The notes below the pieces were generated by a model, which was given only the letters and a program-made list of their open reading frames with translations, had not been told where the DNA came from and did no database searches. From contig NW_014577082.1 in the NCBI RefSeq assembly GCF_000485595.1, positions 61,376 to 125,375 on the forward strand: DNA of 64,000 nucleotides, read 5' to 3'. The translations under genes and the position numbers were made by a program. Source of the stretch: Priapulus caudatus. Lineage: Eukaryota. Below are positions 1 through 14,969 of the stretch, in pieces; the first letter of the stretch is position 1, and every line of letters starts with the position of its first letter.

Positions 1-1304
1 AGTATATTGTAAGGAGACATGAAACAAAGATATTCGCATTTCGATCAAATTAAACCTAATAAACTCAGGCAAGCGTAAGAGTAAGCGTACCGCAGCGCCC
101 CTAACATCGCAAAGGTAATAAAACCTGCACTGTAGTCTCCAAGGGGGCTTGTAGGTTACCCACGGTATTCTTTTTTCGGTTTCCGTCTTGCTCGTCTGAC
201 CAGAGACCGTTCAACACCAGCAGCCTGCAGATTCATGGAATGGCGAGAAGCAAACAGATATACCGCCGCCACGCTAGAGTAAATTAAAGATGGTAGATTT
301 GGGATAAAGAGAATCGTGGAGTTATTCAGTCCCGTTTTCCAAGTGGTAAAAAAAATCAGTCATAACTCAAGTTTAACACGGATAATTAAACTATCGCGCA
401 ATTCTCGCGTCAACGGTTAGCCTCTCTTAATGCCAGAAAAAAATACCTGTATTTGTTCGCGTTCCCAGTTAATTAAAAATGGTCCGATTTCGAAATGAAA
501 AAAAGGTCCCAGCAAAATAACCGCCTCCATTCTTCTAAACAAACTGGTGACCAATCATGATTACGGTTGAGATTTATCTGACGATGGGCATTGCCCTGAA
601 CGACCGGACAGTCCGCGACCTGAAGAGTACATGCATCTTGCGTGAGTTCTTGTTGGCGTTGGCTGGACTGGATTAGTAGCACTGGGCGGTAAGACTGCCT
701 CACATTTTCCCACCAACTTCCTTCAATAAAGAATACGAAGTAGACGAGCAAAAGAATGCGATTGCGCGAGGCGGAGCCACAGGCGCCGCATTAACCTGGG
801 CGACCAATCACTGTCACCATGTACACGTCCATGGAGATTATTGTTGTCGTCCTCTGCTCGATTACTAATGTAAAGCGAGAAGTAAAAGAGTACATGCTGT
901 CCGCCATCCCATGTACTAAGGATGCAGCGACTCGGTGAGGAACACCCCCTCAGCGATGCACACGCACCCCCTCGGGAGCATGCGTTTCTTAGATTCGTAG
1001 CTTCCCATCCTCATCGACCCGCCAATAGACGCGACCAGGCTCAAACTAGCTGCCTCCTCCGGAAGGAGCCTCGCATAGCGCGTGGAGAAGCAAATCTCGT
1101 TTGCAACTGCATCGAAACAGCATACCGGCTTAGCCAATCCGAGCAATCGTCGTCCGCAGTACGGGTATCTCCGCAGCGCACGCACGCACGCACGCACGCA
1201 CGCACAGTACAGCTCGTTGTTGCAGCCGACAGGTTTTATACGACCGAGTGTGTGAGTGAGTGAGTGTGTGACAGAGAGACACCCGCGAGTTACCCACTAT
1301 CGTC

Positions 1305-1388
1305 ATGGTCGCCGCCGATGACAAGCCCTTCGATGAAGCGTTCCAGGGCGTCGGGCAGAAACTCGGGCTCGAGATATGGAGAATCGAG
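1305..1388 (+). CDS. GSN: Gelsolin-like exon 1
   Basis: ATG...[28 protein letters not shown], donor GAG|gtgagt. Confidence 0.9.
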
Positions 1389-1653
1389 GTGAGTGCGTGA
1401 AAATACACTGTCACAGCGGGGTGGCAACCAATGCAATGCGGGTGGCAAAACAATCACGCTGATGATGTGTTATCAGGAACACTATAAAGTAATCACAGTG
1501 AAGGACTCTCTCGAACTAGTTCTGCTATTGCGTGTTGCTAACGTTCATATAATTGGCGTTGTTAATATTATTATTAGTATTAATTTATTGTTATTATTAT
1601 TATTGATGTTATTGCTGCTGTTGCGGTTGTTGCTGCTGTTGTTGTTGTTATTC

Positions 1654-1714
<61 letters not shown>

Positions 1715-4452
1715 GGTGGTGGTGGTGGTTTGTTGTTGCGGTTGTTAAAATGGAATAGCGAATGATTACTATAATCATATATACACAAAATGCACTCAAA
1801 AAAAGATGACGTGAAATAGTGATGACGCGCATTTCGGCACTCCTTCCTTTTAAACAGCATGTAATCCTGCCAGTATGCTAGCTATCTCTGCAATGCCGGT
1901 ATCCGTGCACTCATCATATTACAAGTGACTCTATGGGTAAATGCGGAAATTTGTATATACTCGTGCAAAATATCGAGTTCCTCATTTTCATTTTACTCGG
2001 TTTTATTAACGTAAACACCGCAGAGATAAGTCAGCTGTGAGGTTCTAGCGAGTGCACCGGATGACGGATGACTGTAGGATGTTAATTCTTATCCTCGGGC
2101 TTCGTACAGCATCCTCTACGAGCGGCTTCGTTCGTCAGCAGCCGAACATCTGGCGAGAATGTTAAACAAACGCTGGAGCATGATCGTAGTTCGGCTCTCA
2201 GTCAGTTCTCACATAGGCTCGTCGTTAAGAAGTCCGCGCCAACCGGTCGCATCAACATCGCTATCTCAGTTTTCCCTACATGTCTGTCTGTGTGCCTGTC
2301 TGTTTGTCTGTCTGCCTATTTGTTTTTCTGTCTGTCTGCCTGCCTGCCTACCTGCCTGCTTCCCTGCCTGTCTGTTTGTTTGTCCGTCTGTCTGTTTGTC
2401 TGTCTGTCTGTCTGCCTGCCTGCCTATATACGCAGTGCATGCGATCATATCCCAGCACATTCAGTCCTATCCTAGCACGTGCTGGCTTATCTAGCACTTG
2501 CAGTGCTATTCTAGCACATACTAGCTTAGCCTAGCACATGCTGGCGTATGCTAGCACATACTGGCTTATTCTAACACATACTAGCATATCCTATCACATA
2601 CTGGCGTATGCTAGCTAGCACATACTGGCGTATGCTAGCTAGCACATACTGGCGTATGCTAGCACATACTGGCTTATCCTAGCACATACTGGCTTATCCA
2701 AGCACATACTGGCTTATCCTAGCACATACTGGCTTATCCTAGCACATACTGGCTTATCCCAGCACATACTGGTTTATCCCAGCATAATATACTGGCTTAT
2801 CATTTGCCTATGATTTATCTTTACCTATGGAAATTCATCTTGCCACATGCAAATTCACGCGTTCCTATTTCCTGAGCTTTACGTCCGTCGGTAGAACACG
2901 CACGCAGGTTGCCTGCCGCCTGCCCTGGCCGATTCTATTCGCGCAGAATGTTTACACAACAACGCCTGATTGCCAGCCACCCGCTCCTGCGCGCTGTTCC
3001 CAGAATACTAGAGTAATGTTGCGGCACTTCTGCACCACCCAGAAGCCTGCTAGAATTACGCGTGAGCGGCTGTGCGGTCATCAGCCTAGCTGTGTGCCTC
3101 GTTTACTACCGCCGGGCCATTTCAGTAGTGTAAAGAAGCTATGAATACTTGCCCGGCGTCTCTGATCAGTAACACTATCGTCGAAGTAAAAACGCTACGC
3201 GGAGACGCCTTGTAGCTTATCTCCCATCAGAAATCGTATACGTTTAAATGATCGTAAATATATGTCCCAGTCGTATATGTTTTCCGGTGCGAATTTACAC
3301 AAGTAGGAGAAATTAGACCAGTACCGATATACAAAGAGCTGATATACAACACATTGATACGCAACAGGCCACTACACAACACGCTGATACATAACGGGCT
3401 GATATAGAATGGACTTGTACACAACGGGCAGATATACGACGGGCAAGAACACAATTAGCTGATACACAACACACCGATAGCTGATACATAAAGGATTGAT
3501 ATATAACAAGGAGCTATACACAACAGTCGCACATGTCTATGCTTCTGAATTATTTGTTACGCTTATTACCTAACTGACTTATGTGGAATTTATTTTATCT
3601 CGGAATCTTAAGACTGGTTGCGCTTCTTGTGTTGCTTTGTTTCAATTTCGTAATAAATAAGGCTAGGTTGAAACAAAATGGCTCTTAAGTCAGGTCGTTC
3701 GTCACCATGAATGAATGAATGAAGTGTTACTCCTTCAGCGCCCGTTCGTTTTTCACTATGTTAGATCGCGTAGCACTAACGTACTTAGCCTCATCTAAGC
3801 GCGGGCTGTAAATACAATTAGAGTAGAGTCTGGGTTGTCCGACCTTGGGTTATCCCAGATTTCGTTCCATCCAACGGTCAATCCGCGTGTTATATGGGTT
3901 TTTGTACTGTGTTGTACTGCACGTACATGCATACTATTTCGACCCGTCCCCTGCTGCCTTGTGGCAATAGATGTGTACCCTATTATTTAGTTATTTATCT
4001 TGCTTATATTTACTACTTTTATTATTTATATACTACTTCACACATTTCATAGTTATACTGTCTAATTTATATGCGAATAGATTTACGCTCCCCCTACCTG
4101 TTCCTGCATTTTCTGACATTTTTGGTTATCCGACCACCTATAGGCCCCGTTTATCAAAAACCACAACATTTTATTCTTCCCTTTGCCTTTCAGAGTATGA
4201 AGGTCGTGCCAGTGCCAAAACAATACTACGGGCAGTTCTATAGCGGTGACTCCTACATCGTCATGAAGGTGAGTGTTTCGCATGTTGGCTCACGCGTCGG
4301 ATTTAGCCACGTTGCTCGATATAAGATGCACAACTTAGTAACGCGGTAGAGGGGGGGACCGTGGGCTCTGCTGCTGCTCCTGCTGCTGCGACTACTGCTG
4401 CTGCCGCTGCTGCTGCTGCTGCTGCTGCTGCTGCGACTACTGCTGCTGCCGC

Positions 4453-4509
<57 letters not shown>

Positions 4510-5549
4510 ATAGGTCCGATATAACTCACGCGTGTGCGAGGCGGCCTGCTATATTTTTAGTCTTGCTTGAGAGAGGTTCGAAGTGGCGGAGAAAACAATA
4601 GGCCGACGTCACACACCAGCCTTTAGATCAGTGGTTCTGAACCTTTTTTGAGTCATGGACCCATTTGAAAATCTGGTGAAAGCTACGGACCCCTCCCCAG
4701 AAAATGCACATAAGCACATAAACACACAATTTTGCATGTGCCTGGTTCACGGACCCCCTGAAGCCCATCCACGGAAAGGACGAGTGTTATCTAGCTCTCC
4801 CAGAGAAGCCCTTCGTTGCGCCATAGGTCGGTTGCACTATAGGCCTGCTACATGAGTGAAGCTAAACATTATCGTTCCCTTCGTGGCGGAGTGTATGCGC
4901 ATAAGTTGGGAGAACAGTTTGAGTGGTCCATTCACAGTTTCCCATGTTAAATGTACCATTTCCCAATTTCCGGTTAATTAAAATAAATAATCTCGGCTTT
5001 TCCGCGTACCGGTTGATTTCTATTCTGGAACCATGAACAACTCATCTGGTTATTTCCCAGATCCCAGATAATTTAATTGCTCTAATCCCGCCTCCCAAAA
5101 ATAACCGTTCACCTCTCCCCTCTATAGACGTTTGCATCCCGACAGTGCATCACTGTACGCTGCGTGGTTGCGACGTAATCTCTTGACGAACACCGAGAGC
5201 GGTGGCCATATGTTTTTACAGGCACGTCAACCGCCACTTGTTTCTTTCAGACGCGTCAAGTCGAGAACAGACTAGAATGGGACATCCACTTCTGGCTGGG
5301 CAAAGAGACCTCCCAGGTAGGGTGACGTCATGCGATAGTTTTAACGCGATTACGATCACTCATCGTATTACTGGTTTTGATGTGCGTCTCGTGTCGAAAT
5401 TGCTTCTATATAATATAACACGCTAGGAGCCTCGTCCCGCATGGAAACATACCCGCGTGTATCCACGCCTATTATTAGAAGGCGTGCATGAGTAGGATTG
5501 TAGCATCCATCAGTGCTGTAAAAAACCATGCGTGACTCATCGATGTCTG

Positions 5550-5585
<36 letters not shown>

Positions 5586-8500
5586 NNNNNNNNNNNNNNN
5601 NNNNNNNNNNNNNNNNNNNNNNNNNNNNNNNNNNNNNNNNNNNNNNNNNNNNNNNNNNNNNNNNNNNNNNNNNNNNNNNNNNNNNNNNNNNNNNNNNNNN
5701 NNNNNNNNNNNNNNNNNNNNNNNNNNNNNNNNNNNNNNNNNNNNNNNNNNNNNNNNNNNNNNNNNNNNNNNNNNNNNNNNNNNNNNNNNNNNNNNNNNNN
5801 NNNNNNNNNNNNNNNNNNNNNNNNNNNNNNNNNNNNNNTATATACTAATGGCCGGGTCGGTGTTAATTGTGTTTTGTCGTTCGCACTAGCTCGCCTCGAC
5901 GCCACGCGTATAGGAAGCCATAGTAAGACCTGTATTATAAACATCGGCATGAAAAGTGTTTTCCCGGAATAGAGCTAACTATATATTGTCGGCTGGAGTG
6001 CAGCACACGCGCACGGCTTATTGCCTTTAGGTGCGATAGCGTGGCGGGATGTATATTTGAGTTCGCTCCTACGCAAACAGCACACATCAGTCCGCACGGG
6101 GCTTCGCTCGTACCGCAGCAGCTGTGAAGGCGAGCTATAGCTTTCGTTCGAGTATTTACTCGGCGCTGTTTACGCGTAGACTGCTCGCAATTAGCGAGAG
6201 GGATGCAGAAGCCGAGACTGTGAGAAATGTCACGAGCTTGAGCTCGGTCGTGTAGACAAACTGTTCTAGGTTTGTGTCGACGCTCGCCCGGATGCGCGAC
6301 TAATTCAAGCTGCTGGCGCCAAAAGACACGAACTAACTTGATAAAAACTAGCTCGGCGTTTGTCTAATTCCGTAATACGAATCGCGTAATCTCTTGCTGT
6401 GTTTTTTTAAGTATAGCAAATGAAATTCTTTTACTAAGTTGCGTCTATGTTTCCCAATGTTAAATAATATGTGGTTTTTCGTATTGTAAATCAATCTAAG
6501 CACGTAGGTATAGAGCGCTGCTAACATTTTTAACTTACATTTATATCGATTGTATCAAGGAGACGAATTTCTTAAACGAATTTGTAATTTAACATCTGTC
6601 AGAAACTTTATTAGAGAAGAAATACCTTTTGTCAACAGGCGACAGGGAGTTTATGACTATTTTATGCCGATGCTATAATTATAATGCGGGCGTGTAGGAA
6701 TCGTGTGTGCGCGCTCTAGGTCTACCATCGTCGCCGTGTGCATGGGGTCGACGAAGACCTACCGTGTGTTATACACGCCGCTCGATATAAACACTAGATG
6801 CAGGATTATGTCCGCCCCATCAGACATATTATATATTTTATATATTTTTTTTATATTTGGGTGCGTAAATATAGATGTAGTGTAAGCGGGCGGACATGAT
6901 GGTGTAGCCAGTGTATATAATGTCTGGCTGCAAGATCATTCGTGCCCGCTTACACTACACTATGTAAACACCGTATACAAATTATATTTATTTTATATTT
7001 TATTTATTGATTGATTAATTAATTAATTCATTCATTCATTCATTCATTTATATAGACGTGCGCTGACGCATGGCGAAAGCCGTGGCTATGACTACAAGCG
7101 TTTCCTGCTTTGTCGCAGTGACGTCATCACCGGCCGTTGTTTACGACGATGTGTTATACAGACGCGACTTAGTTTACTATCCATCGTTAATTAATAATTA
7201 ATTAATAATCTGCGGTCGCTGCGATTAGTGGATCAGCGGATTCAGGTGCGCGTTGTCAGATAGTATAAGATCACAAATAGTTATGACGCTGATGAGTCAC
7301 AGGTCTTGCACGACGCTTCACTTCAAAACTCATGAAGTTATAGACTTCTGAAAACGATTCCCACGCGTTTACTGAGAGTAAAGAGAGGTCGGCGTTGTGG
7401 TGGGGGCGGTGGCGTTGGCTGCGGTGGTGATGGTGGTGGATGGCGTGGGTGGGCTGGGGCGGGGTGGTGTGGTGCTCGTTGGTGGGTGAGTGGTTGGCGA
7501 GTGGCGGTGGGAGGGCTAGGTGGTAGGTCGGTGGTGGTGGTGGTGGTGATTGGTGGCGGTGGCGGTGGCGGTGGTGGCGGTAGCGGTGTTACGTATGCAC
7601 TCCACCGGCATACAAAAACAGGGACTCGTGTATCACGCCGCCCCATTTCACGTGACTGGCAACACATGTGCGCAGTGAGTCACCCTAAGATGCTGTCAGC
7701 GTGCTAGCTCTATGTAAGCCTCAGCATGCAAACTTCGACACCGTGTATTATATTTCGACTTATAATTAGCGACAGTGTCCGAATTAGTCTAGTTAGGTGT
7801 ACAACTAACTGTTAACGCTGCTTTTTTTTTATAAAAAGAAAGGCAATAAGTACTTGCATATGTGGCTTGCATACACTTCTTACAGTACATTTTACAATCT
7901 GTACATCTTACAACGTGTGCGTGCCTGTGTGTGTCCGCGCGCATGTTTGTAAACGGCCGTAACTCAATAAAACCGTAGACAGAGCATAAACCTGATTATA
8001 CGGCTAACAATTCCAACTCAAGAAGCCCGTTGCTTTCTGCGATTATTGCTAATATTGCGATTTTACAAGTTGTATAATGTTGAAATTTGCGGATCGTATG
8101 GATCGTCATATGATGTAACCACTTAGTCGTCACATTTCTTACACTTTCACTCGTCGACGTGTTGAATACAACACTGCGCATAAACCGATTAAAATCGCGC
8201 GTAATGCATAACGCTAGCGTTCTCTTTGGAGAACTATTCTCAAGAGATAGGCACACAGTGCGTCAAATCCCCCTAAAGATCATCACATAAAGACGCTGAC
8301 TATGATGTGCTAGCGGGGTAATTCAATTCATTCCTGTCGCCACATTAATTATACCTTACAGAGACAAATATAACACCCCTGACGCCATCATACGTACCGT
8401 CTCAGCACTAGACTTGCCATGTCTAACATGCGACGACACAGACTACGTGTTTCTCGGTTATTATCGACTCTGTCTTCAATACATCGCGCACCGGACCTGC

Positions 8501-11500
8501 CACGTGACCGCTGTCTTTATTTAAATCATTATTGATTTGTTCATTTAGATCGCTAGTTGTTGACGAACCATCATGTATTCTCTTAACATTAGCGAGCACA
8601 AAGCAGGACTCGGCTGCGAGAGATATTGACAAGGCATTTATGTTAGTGATTTGATCGTGTTACGCTGTCTCGTTGCAGGATGAGCAGGGCGTGGCGGCGT
8701 ACAAGACCGTGGAGTTAGATGACAGCCTAGGTGGCGCACCGGTGCAGTACCGAGAGACGCAGGGCCACGAGTCGAAGAAATTCCTCTCGTTTTTTAAGAA
8801 GGGAATTAAGTAAGTGCGCATGCGTGTATTCGATCGCGAGTGCCTATGTATTTTCGGTGTAAATTTTAAGGTACATAAATTTAAATTTAGGGGCGGGCAT
8901 TTTCGCGGGTAATGTAGCATTATGGCATTATGGCATATGATTAACCGGATAACGTACGTTTGTTCGTACTTAAAGCGACAAGCGTGAGCTTAACATGAGA
9001 AAGTTGACGTGCGCGGAAATTTGGTTTATAACTTCACGTGCTTGTAGCGTGTTAACATTTGCAAGATTCCTCTAAGCGCGTCAACCCGAGAGAGTTATCA
9101 TCACTTCAAATCGAGGATAAATCGAGGAGTGGGTGGTTAATAATGATATGTTTTAGTTATACCAAATATCGATCCATCTAACACGAGAATAACTATTGAG
9201 CATAGCGTCCTAACATGAGTTTAAGCGCTTCGTAAAGATTTTTAAAAGCGCCACCCTTGCTGCCTCGATATAGCCCGTGGCGTGTTTATACGGAGGGAAT
9301 CGTCAATATTAACTACCTAGATCAGAGAATTCATTTCTTGCGAATTCGCTTAGTCATGAAGTCGATAATGTCGACAACGACAACGACGACAACGACGACA
9401 ACCACGACGGTGGCGACGATCGCGACAATGACAACAATTCAGCGACACTCCCATTTGACTTAATTTCATAAAACAAGTGCTGCGCAGTTCGCATGTATGC
9501 GCTCGACCAGAACAAAACTGGTTCATTTCTAACAGTCTAGTACTGTCCTATAGTTCAGTCACCTAGATACCTGGGCGTTTTAGGTAGCACAATGTGAAGA
9601 ACATGGCATTTTACCTCAGATAAGGCATCGGTGGTTCAGTGGTAGAATGCTCGCCTGCCACGCGGGCGGCCCGGGTTCGATTCCCGGCCGATGCATCACT
9701 TTTAGATAAAGTAACCTAACTACTAAAAAAAGTAATCAATTTTAAGTAGATGACTACTGAAATAAGTTAGTAAACAGCCTGCTGTTAACAAAAACGCTGG
9801 TGAACTATGGTGATTATCAAATGCATTCTCTTTGTAGGTATCTCCAGGGAGGCGTTGCATCTGGCTTCAATCATGTGGCACCAGATAGTCACCAGCCCCG
9901 CTTGTTGCATGTCAAGGGCAAGCGTAACGTGCGCGCTACCCAGGTAAATGTCTCCAGAAAAATGTGTCCCATAATGTCAACGATACAACATTTTCAGCGC
10001 CATCTTAACGTTACTATCACCACTTATACTAACTATTACCACCATGTACTATCTACGAGCTATATGCACTATTAGCTATATCTTAATCATCGGCTTGGGG
10101 ATGTATCATCGAAGCTTATAGCAAAACTAATTACTTGCCTAACTAGTACATCAACAGAAATTAATAAAAACAAAAATATGGTAGATGTGTGGTTTTTAAT
10201 CACTTTTGATATTATATCTAGGGGCTCGATTGTTCACTATACTAATTATTCACTTTGACGATAGGTGGAGTGCAACGTCGGGTCGTTGAATGCGGGAGAT
10301 GTCTTCGTTCTTGACTGCGGCATGGACGTGTACGTGTGGTGTGGACCTGACTCCGGTCGCATGGAGAGACATAGGGTACGTGGCGTGCTTGCACTGACAC
10401 CCAATAGAAGTGTCTTTGTTCACGTATCAAGCAAAGTTACCAGGAGTCTGTTTGTAGAAATGTGAACAACATCAACGCTAAAAGTATTGAGCACACGTTT
10501 ACACTTTATCTAAAACAGGCGACAAATTTTATTTATTTACTTAAATTGACTACGTCATGAATTTTCTATGGTAAAATTTGTAAAGTTTTTGTTGACATTT
10601 TTTTACATTAAAAGTAAGAACTAACGGGACTAAACGTATCGTCAAATTGTTACCTGATAAGATTGTTTCTCAACTAGTTAAAAATCCAAAAAACCTGGAC
10701 GATTTGATATTGTGTTCCTGACATTAATTGCTTGCTATGGGCTATGTATGCGTCACGAGTGTATGTCCACATCGAACAATATTGTAAAATAGGAAGTATA
10801 ATGCAGCAATTTAACCATAAAAAGTGAACAGAATTACTTATATTTTGTGAAAAAGTGGAAATATTATTTTTATTTGTACTATTTACGGTGACGTAATCAC
10901 TTTAAAATATCTATCGTTACACATCTATCACTAAGTTGATAACTAACGTTTATAGTAATGTACCAAATATACGAACGTGTGTATCAGAATTCGTTACATG
11001 GGTGATTTGGCGTAGCATGGCAATGATATTGTAACACGTGCACGCTTTGCACTATGTGATGTAGGGAATCCGCTTGGCTAATGATGTTCGTGACAACGAG
11101 CGCGCCGGTAGAGCAGACATCCACATCCTAGGTGAGTTCTAATGATCGCATCAGATCGAATAATAATTTGATAAATCTGTTCCGACTTTAAATAAAGAAT
11201 TTTATTGCAAAATGCACGCACGCGCGTACACAGGCACACACGCACACACACACGCACGGACACACACGCGCGCGCGCGCACACACACACACACACACACA
11301 TTATATATATATATATATATACATATAATTATGTATATATATTATATTGTGGCGTTTAATCAACGATTACGTATCTGATTGGCCGGTAGATGGCACAACC
11401 AGCGACGATGACTTCTTCGCTGCGCTCGGAGGACGCGGAGAGATTAAATCGGCGGAAGAGGGCGGTCTCGACGACGAGGTTATCCTCACCAGACGCCAGG

Positions 11501-11590
11501 TTGCGCTATACAGGTACACTATTATGGTGGCGCTACCACGCATATATATAAATGTATATATCATATAGATATAGATATATATATATAATG

Positions 11591-11662
<72 letters not shown>

Positions 11663-12211
11663 TAGGAATAATAATATTAATCGCAATAACTCGGAGGCCG
11701 TGCTCCATGCATGGATCGTCCCCCGATAGCCACTAAATTTTATATTTTATTAATAATAACATTTTAAAATACGATATTATTGATATTACTATACTATCAG
11801 CTGTATAGCTACAACTGCTACATTATGTTAAAGCCGGTGGTCAAAGTATTACGAATGACCGACCACTCCAGTGTAGGCTCTGTACAGCAGCTGAAATTTT
11901 AGTGTTGACCCACTGGTCCGTGTGGGAACTAACTACACACAGTCGGCAAATTGTCCGGACTGACCTACTGACCAACGTATCGCAACTGCCCACCGGTCAA
12001 AGTGTTAGGATCGTACCTAGACTATACACCGAGCAAAGAGTTAGGATTGACCCTATAGCGCACAAAGCGATGAAAAGCTGTTTTGTTTGCTTTCGTTGTT
12101 GTCGTCCGTTCGCGGAAACATTTCCGCTCGATGCTTGAATTCTCATTCAACGCGTTCACGCATATAGAACACGCGCGCGCGTGTGTGTGCGTGTGCGTGC
12201 ATGCGTGCGTC

Positions 12212-12267
<56 letters not shown>

Positions 12268-12355
12268 NNNNNNNNNNGTGTACTGACGTCATCGCGTCGT
12301 GACAGTGATGATGCGCTGCACAATATTAGATTCATATTTATAAATAATAATGATA

Positions 12356-12426
<71 letters not shown>

Positions 12427-13083
12427 TGTAACTGATAAAATCACATCAGTCTAACAATATTAAATGAGAGCATGACTCGTCCAACTTATTTTTTATATTC
12501 AGATTATGATTTTTATAAACTAGTTTCGGTGCCTTTGATCGAATATCAGCAATAGCACGCATGCGCAGTCTAGAGATCTTGACCCCGTGGTCAGACGGCT
12601 CCACTAGGCGGCGCGCCTTGTTCACGTAATAAGTTTTCAATTTAGCTGTAAATAATTCGTAATTTCTTCGGTGATTCGCGCGTAGGGTGAGCGATGAGAA
12701 GATGGACGAAACCAACAAAGCCATCAAGGCGGTTCGCGTCGGTGTGGCGCCCCTGGAGCAGTCGGCCCTTGACGCACAGGTAGAGTGTAGAGTCACGTAC
12801 GGAGACCAGCGGCCCGTTGTCAGAAACATCACGAGCCATTATGATTATTATAAATATAAAATATCATAACTTTAGCACGACGCTTCACTTTTTTAAGAGT
12901 GGAGAACTTCACTCAGTGAACTTTTACAAGTTCAGACATTTTGTTTTTATGATGGTTTTTATTTTGGTTTTACACTATTGGTATGCACGTCGCATCACGG
13001 TCAACTTTTGAATTGGGAACACGGCGTTTTGGGGACTGGAATACATAGAATACAATGGAATTCATTATCATCCCCACTACCAT

Positions 13084-13116
<33 letters not shown>

Positions 13117-14746
13117 AATCATTATCATCATCATCATCATCATCATCTATACTATAAGCGCCATGTGTGTATGTGCTTGCACATAAGTCTTTATACTACT
13201 TAAAAAAAACTTTAATCACACCCATACGCGGCATGGGCACATGCGGAGGAAGCACGAGAGGTGTTTAAACTAAAGACGTTCATGCTTACGGCATCTAGCT
13301 TTCCGTTAACTGGCTTTACGGGGTAAATGGCTGGCGAAGCAGTAAAGACGCGCGCTTAACAGCAGCTGGCACGAGCTAATGCCTCGTCCTATATTCACTA
13401 TCCACATATGTACGCAACACATGTATGCGTGCAGGACTGCTTCATCCTGGATTCTGGAAAGTCTGGCATCTTCGTCTGGATCGGCAAGCAGTCCAGCAAC
13501 CAGGAGCGAGCAGCAGCGATGAAACACGCTTCGGTGAGTGTCGCACGTTCAGCATGGGGGATTCGTCAAGTAAACACGCGATCGGACACTGGCCAGTGCA
13601 CGAGTTTGAACACAGGGTATTTATACGCAGCGACATTTCAGCGCGCAACGCAATACAACGGCCACGAGATACCACAACACCCATCTAATCTGGCACAGCT
13701 TGCATCTAAATGACGTGCCAGGCATCACGCCATACGACTCAAAACTAGTGCACACAATCTACGATTATTTAACGGACCGAAGAAACTAACTAATTATGCA
13801 GCGCTTCAACGCAAACACTCACATAAAATTCAGCAGTCCGTGCACAGTCGTGCATCCTGACATTTATCGTTAGTAAGAAAACGGCCACAACCCTTTAACT
13901 AGATTATCGACGGCTTTTAATTTCGTGCCACTATATAGAAGACGTCACTGCTATGTCGCGTCAATGATTGTGAAAACCCCGGAGGCGTTGTTATTAAAAA
14001 TCAAGCCTATATTGTCAAACGCTATTGTTTGAGCACTACAGTCGCCTATTGTTGTCCATTGCGGATAGACACACGCTTGTCGTTCTTGATTTGTCGTCTT
14101 GATTGTCGTTCACGCTTGTCGTTCAGGATTTTCGTAAAGTTATAATACAGAATAAAAGCCAAACGCGAAAATGTCATTCTCTAACATAACCTCAAGATTA
14201 TATCCGTGGTTATATAGGAACCCTTTCACCACGGCCTTTGCCGATCATTCACGGGTTACGTCATGTTATATAGCACTGCCCAAGCGTTCCCTAACAAGAT
14301 CCGCGGCGACATACATAGAGTGTGACCCGTGTAAACCTTTCCTGCTATTACCGATATAGTGTTGATCTATTTTCATTCGATTTACCTCGCCTACTCTTCC
14401 TACTAATGTTTAGTGAACATGACAGCGCTCCCGCGATAGGTCCATAGTGGTTGCCAAGCAGCGCGGCGCGGGAGAAGTGGGCGGGCCATCTTACGCGCCT
14501 AATCAATATACGTGGCGATGATATTGTTCCACAGAACTACGTCACGGCCCGTGATTACCCTGGCTGGACCCCGGTGACCCGCGTCATTGATGGCGCCGAG
14601 CCGGCTATGTTCAGGCAATACTTCAATTCATGGACCCGTCAGGAGCACCATTCGGCCGTGCTGGGAGCAAACGTGTCCGTGGGAGAGGTGCTGGAAGGTA
14701 CGCGTGAATCTATTTCACTGTGTCTCCCTCCCACCTCTCGCTCTCG

Positions 14747-14808
<62 letters not shown>

Positions 14809-14905
14809 GTCTCTCTATCGCGCTCTCTCTCTCGCTCTCTCTCTCTTTCTGTCTGTCTCTCTATCGCGCTCTCTCTCTCGCTCTCTCTCTCACTCTATCT
14901 ATCTT

Positions 14906-14969
<64 letters not shown>

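Noticed and set aside
1393..2534. Poly-L/N/Q and SVCL-type ORFs
   Set aside because: Translations of intronic microsatellites
2470..2801. CRISPR-like appearance of regular repeats (also 49164-50128, 51245-51610)
   Set aside because: No unique spacers, no cas genes, eukaryotic intron context
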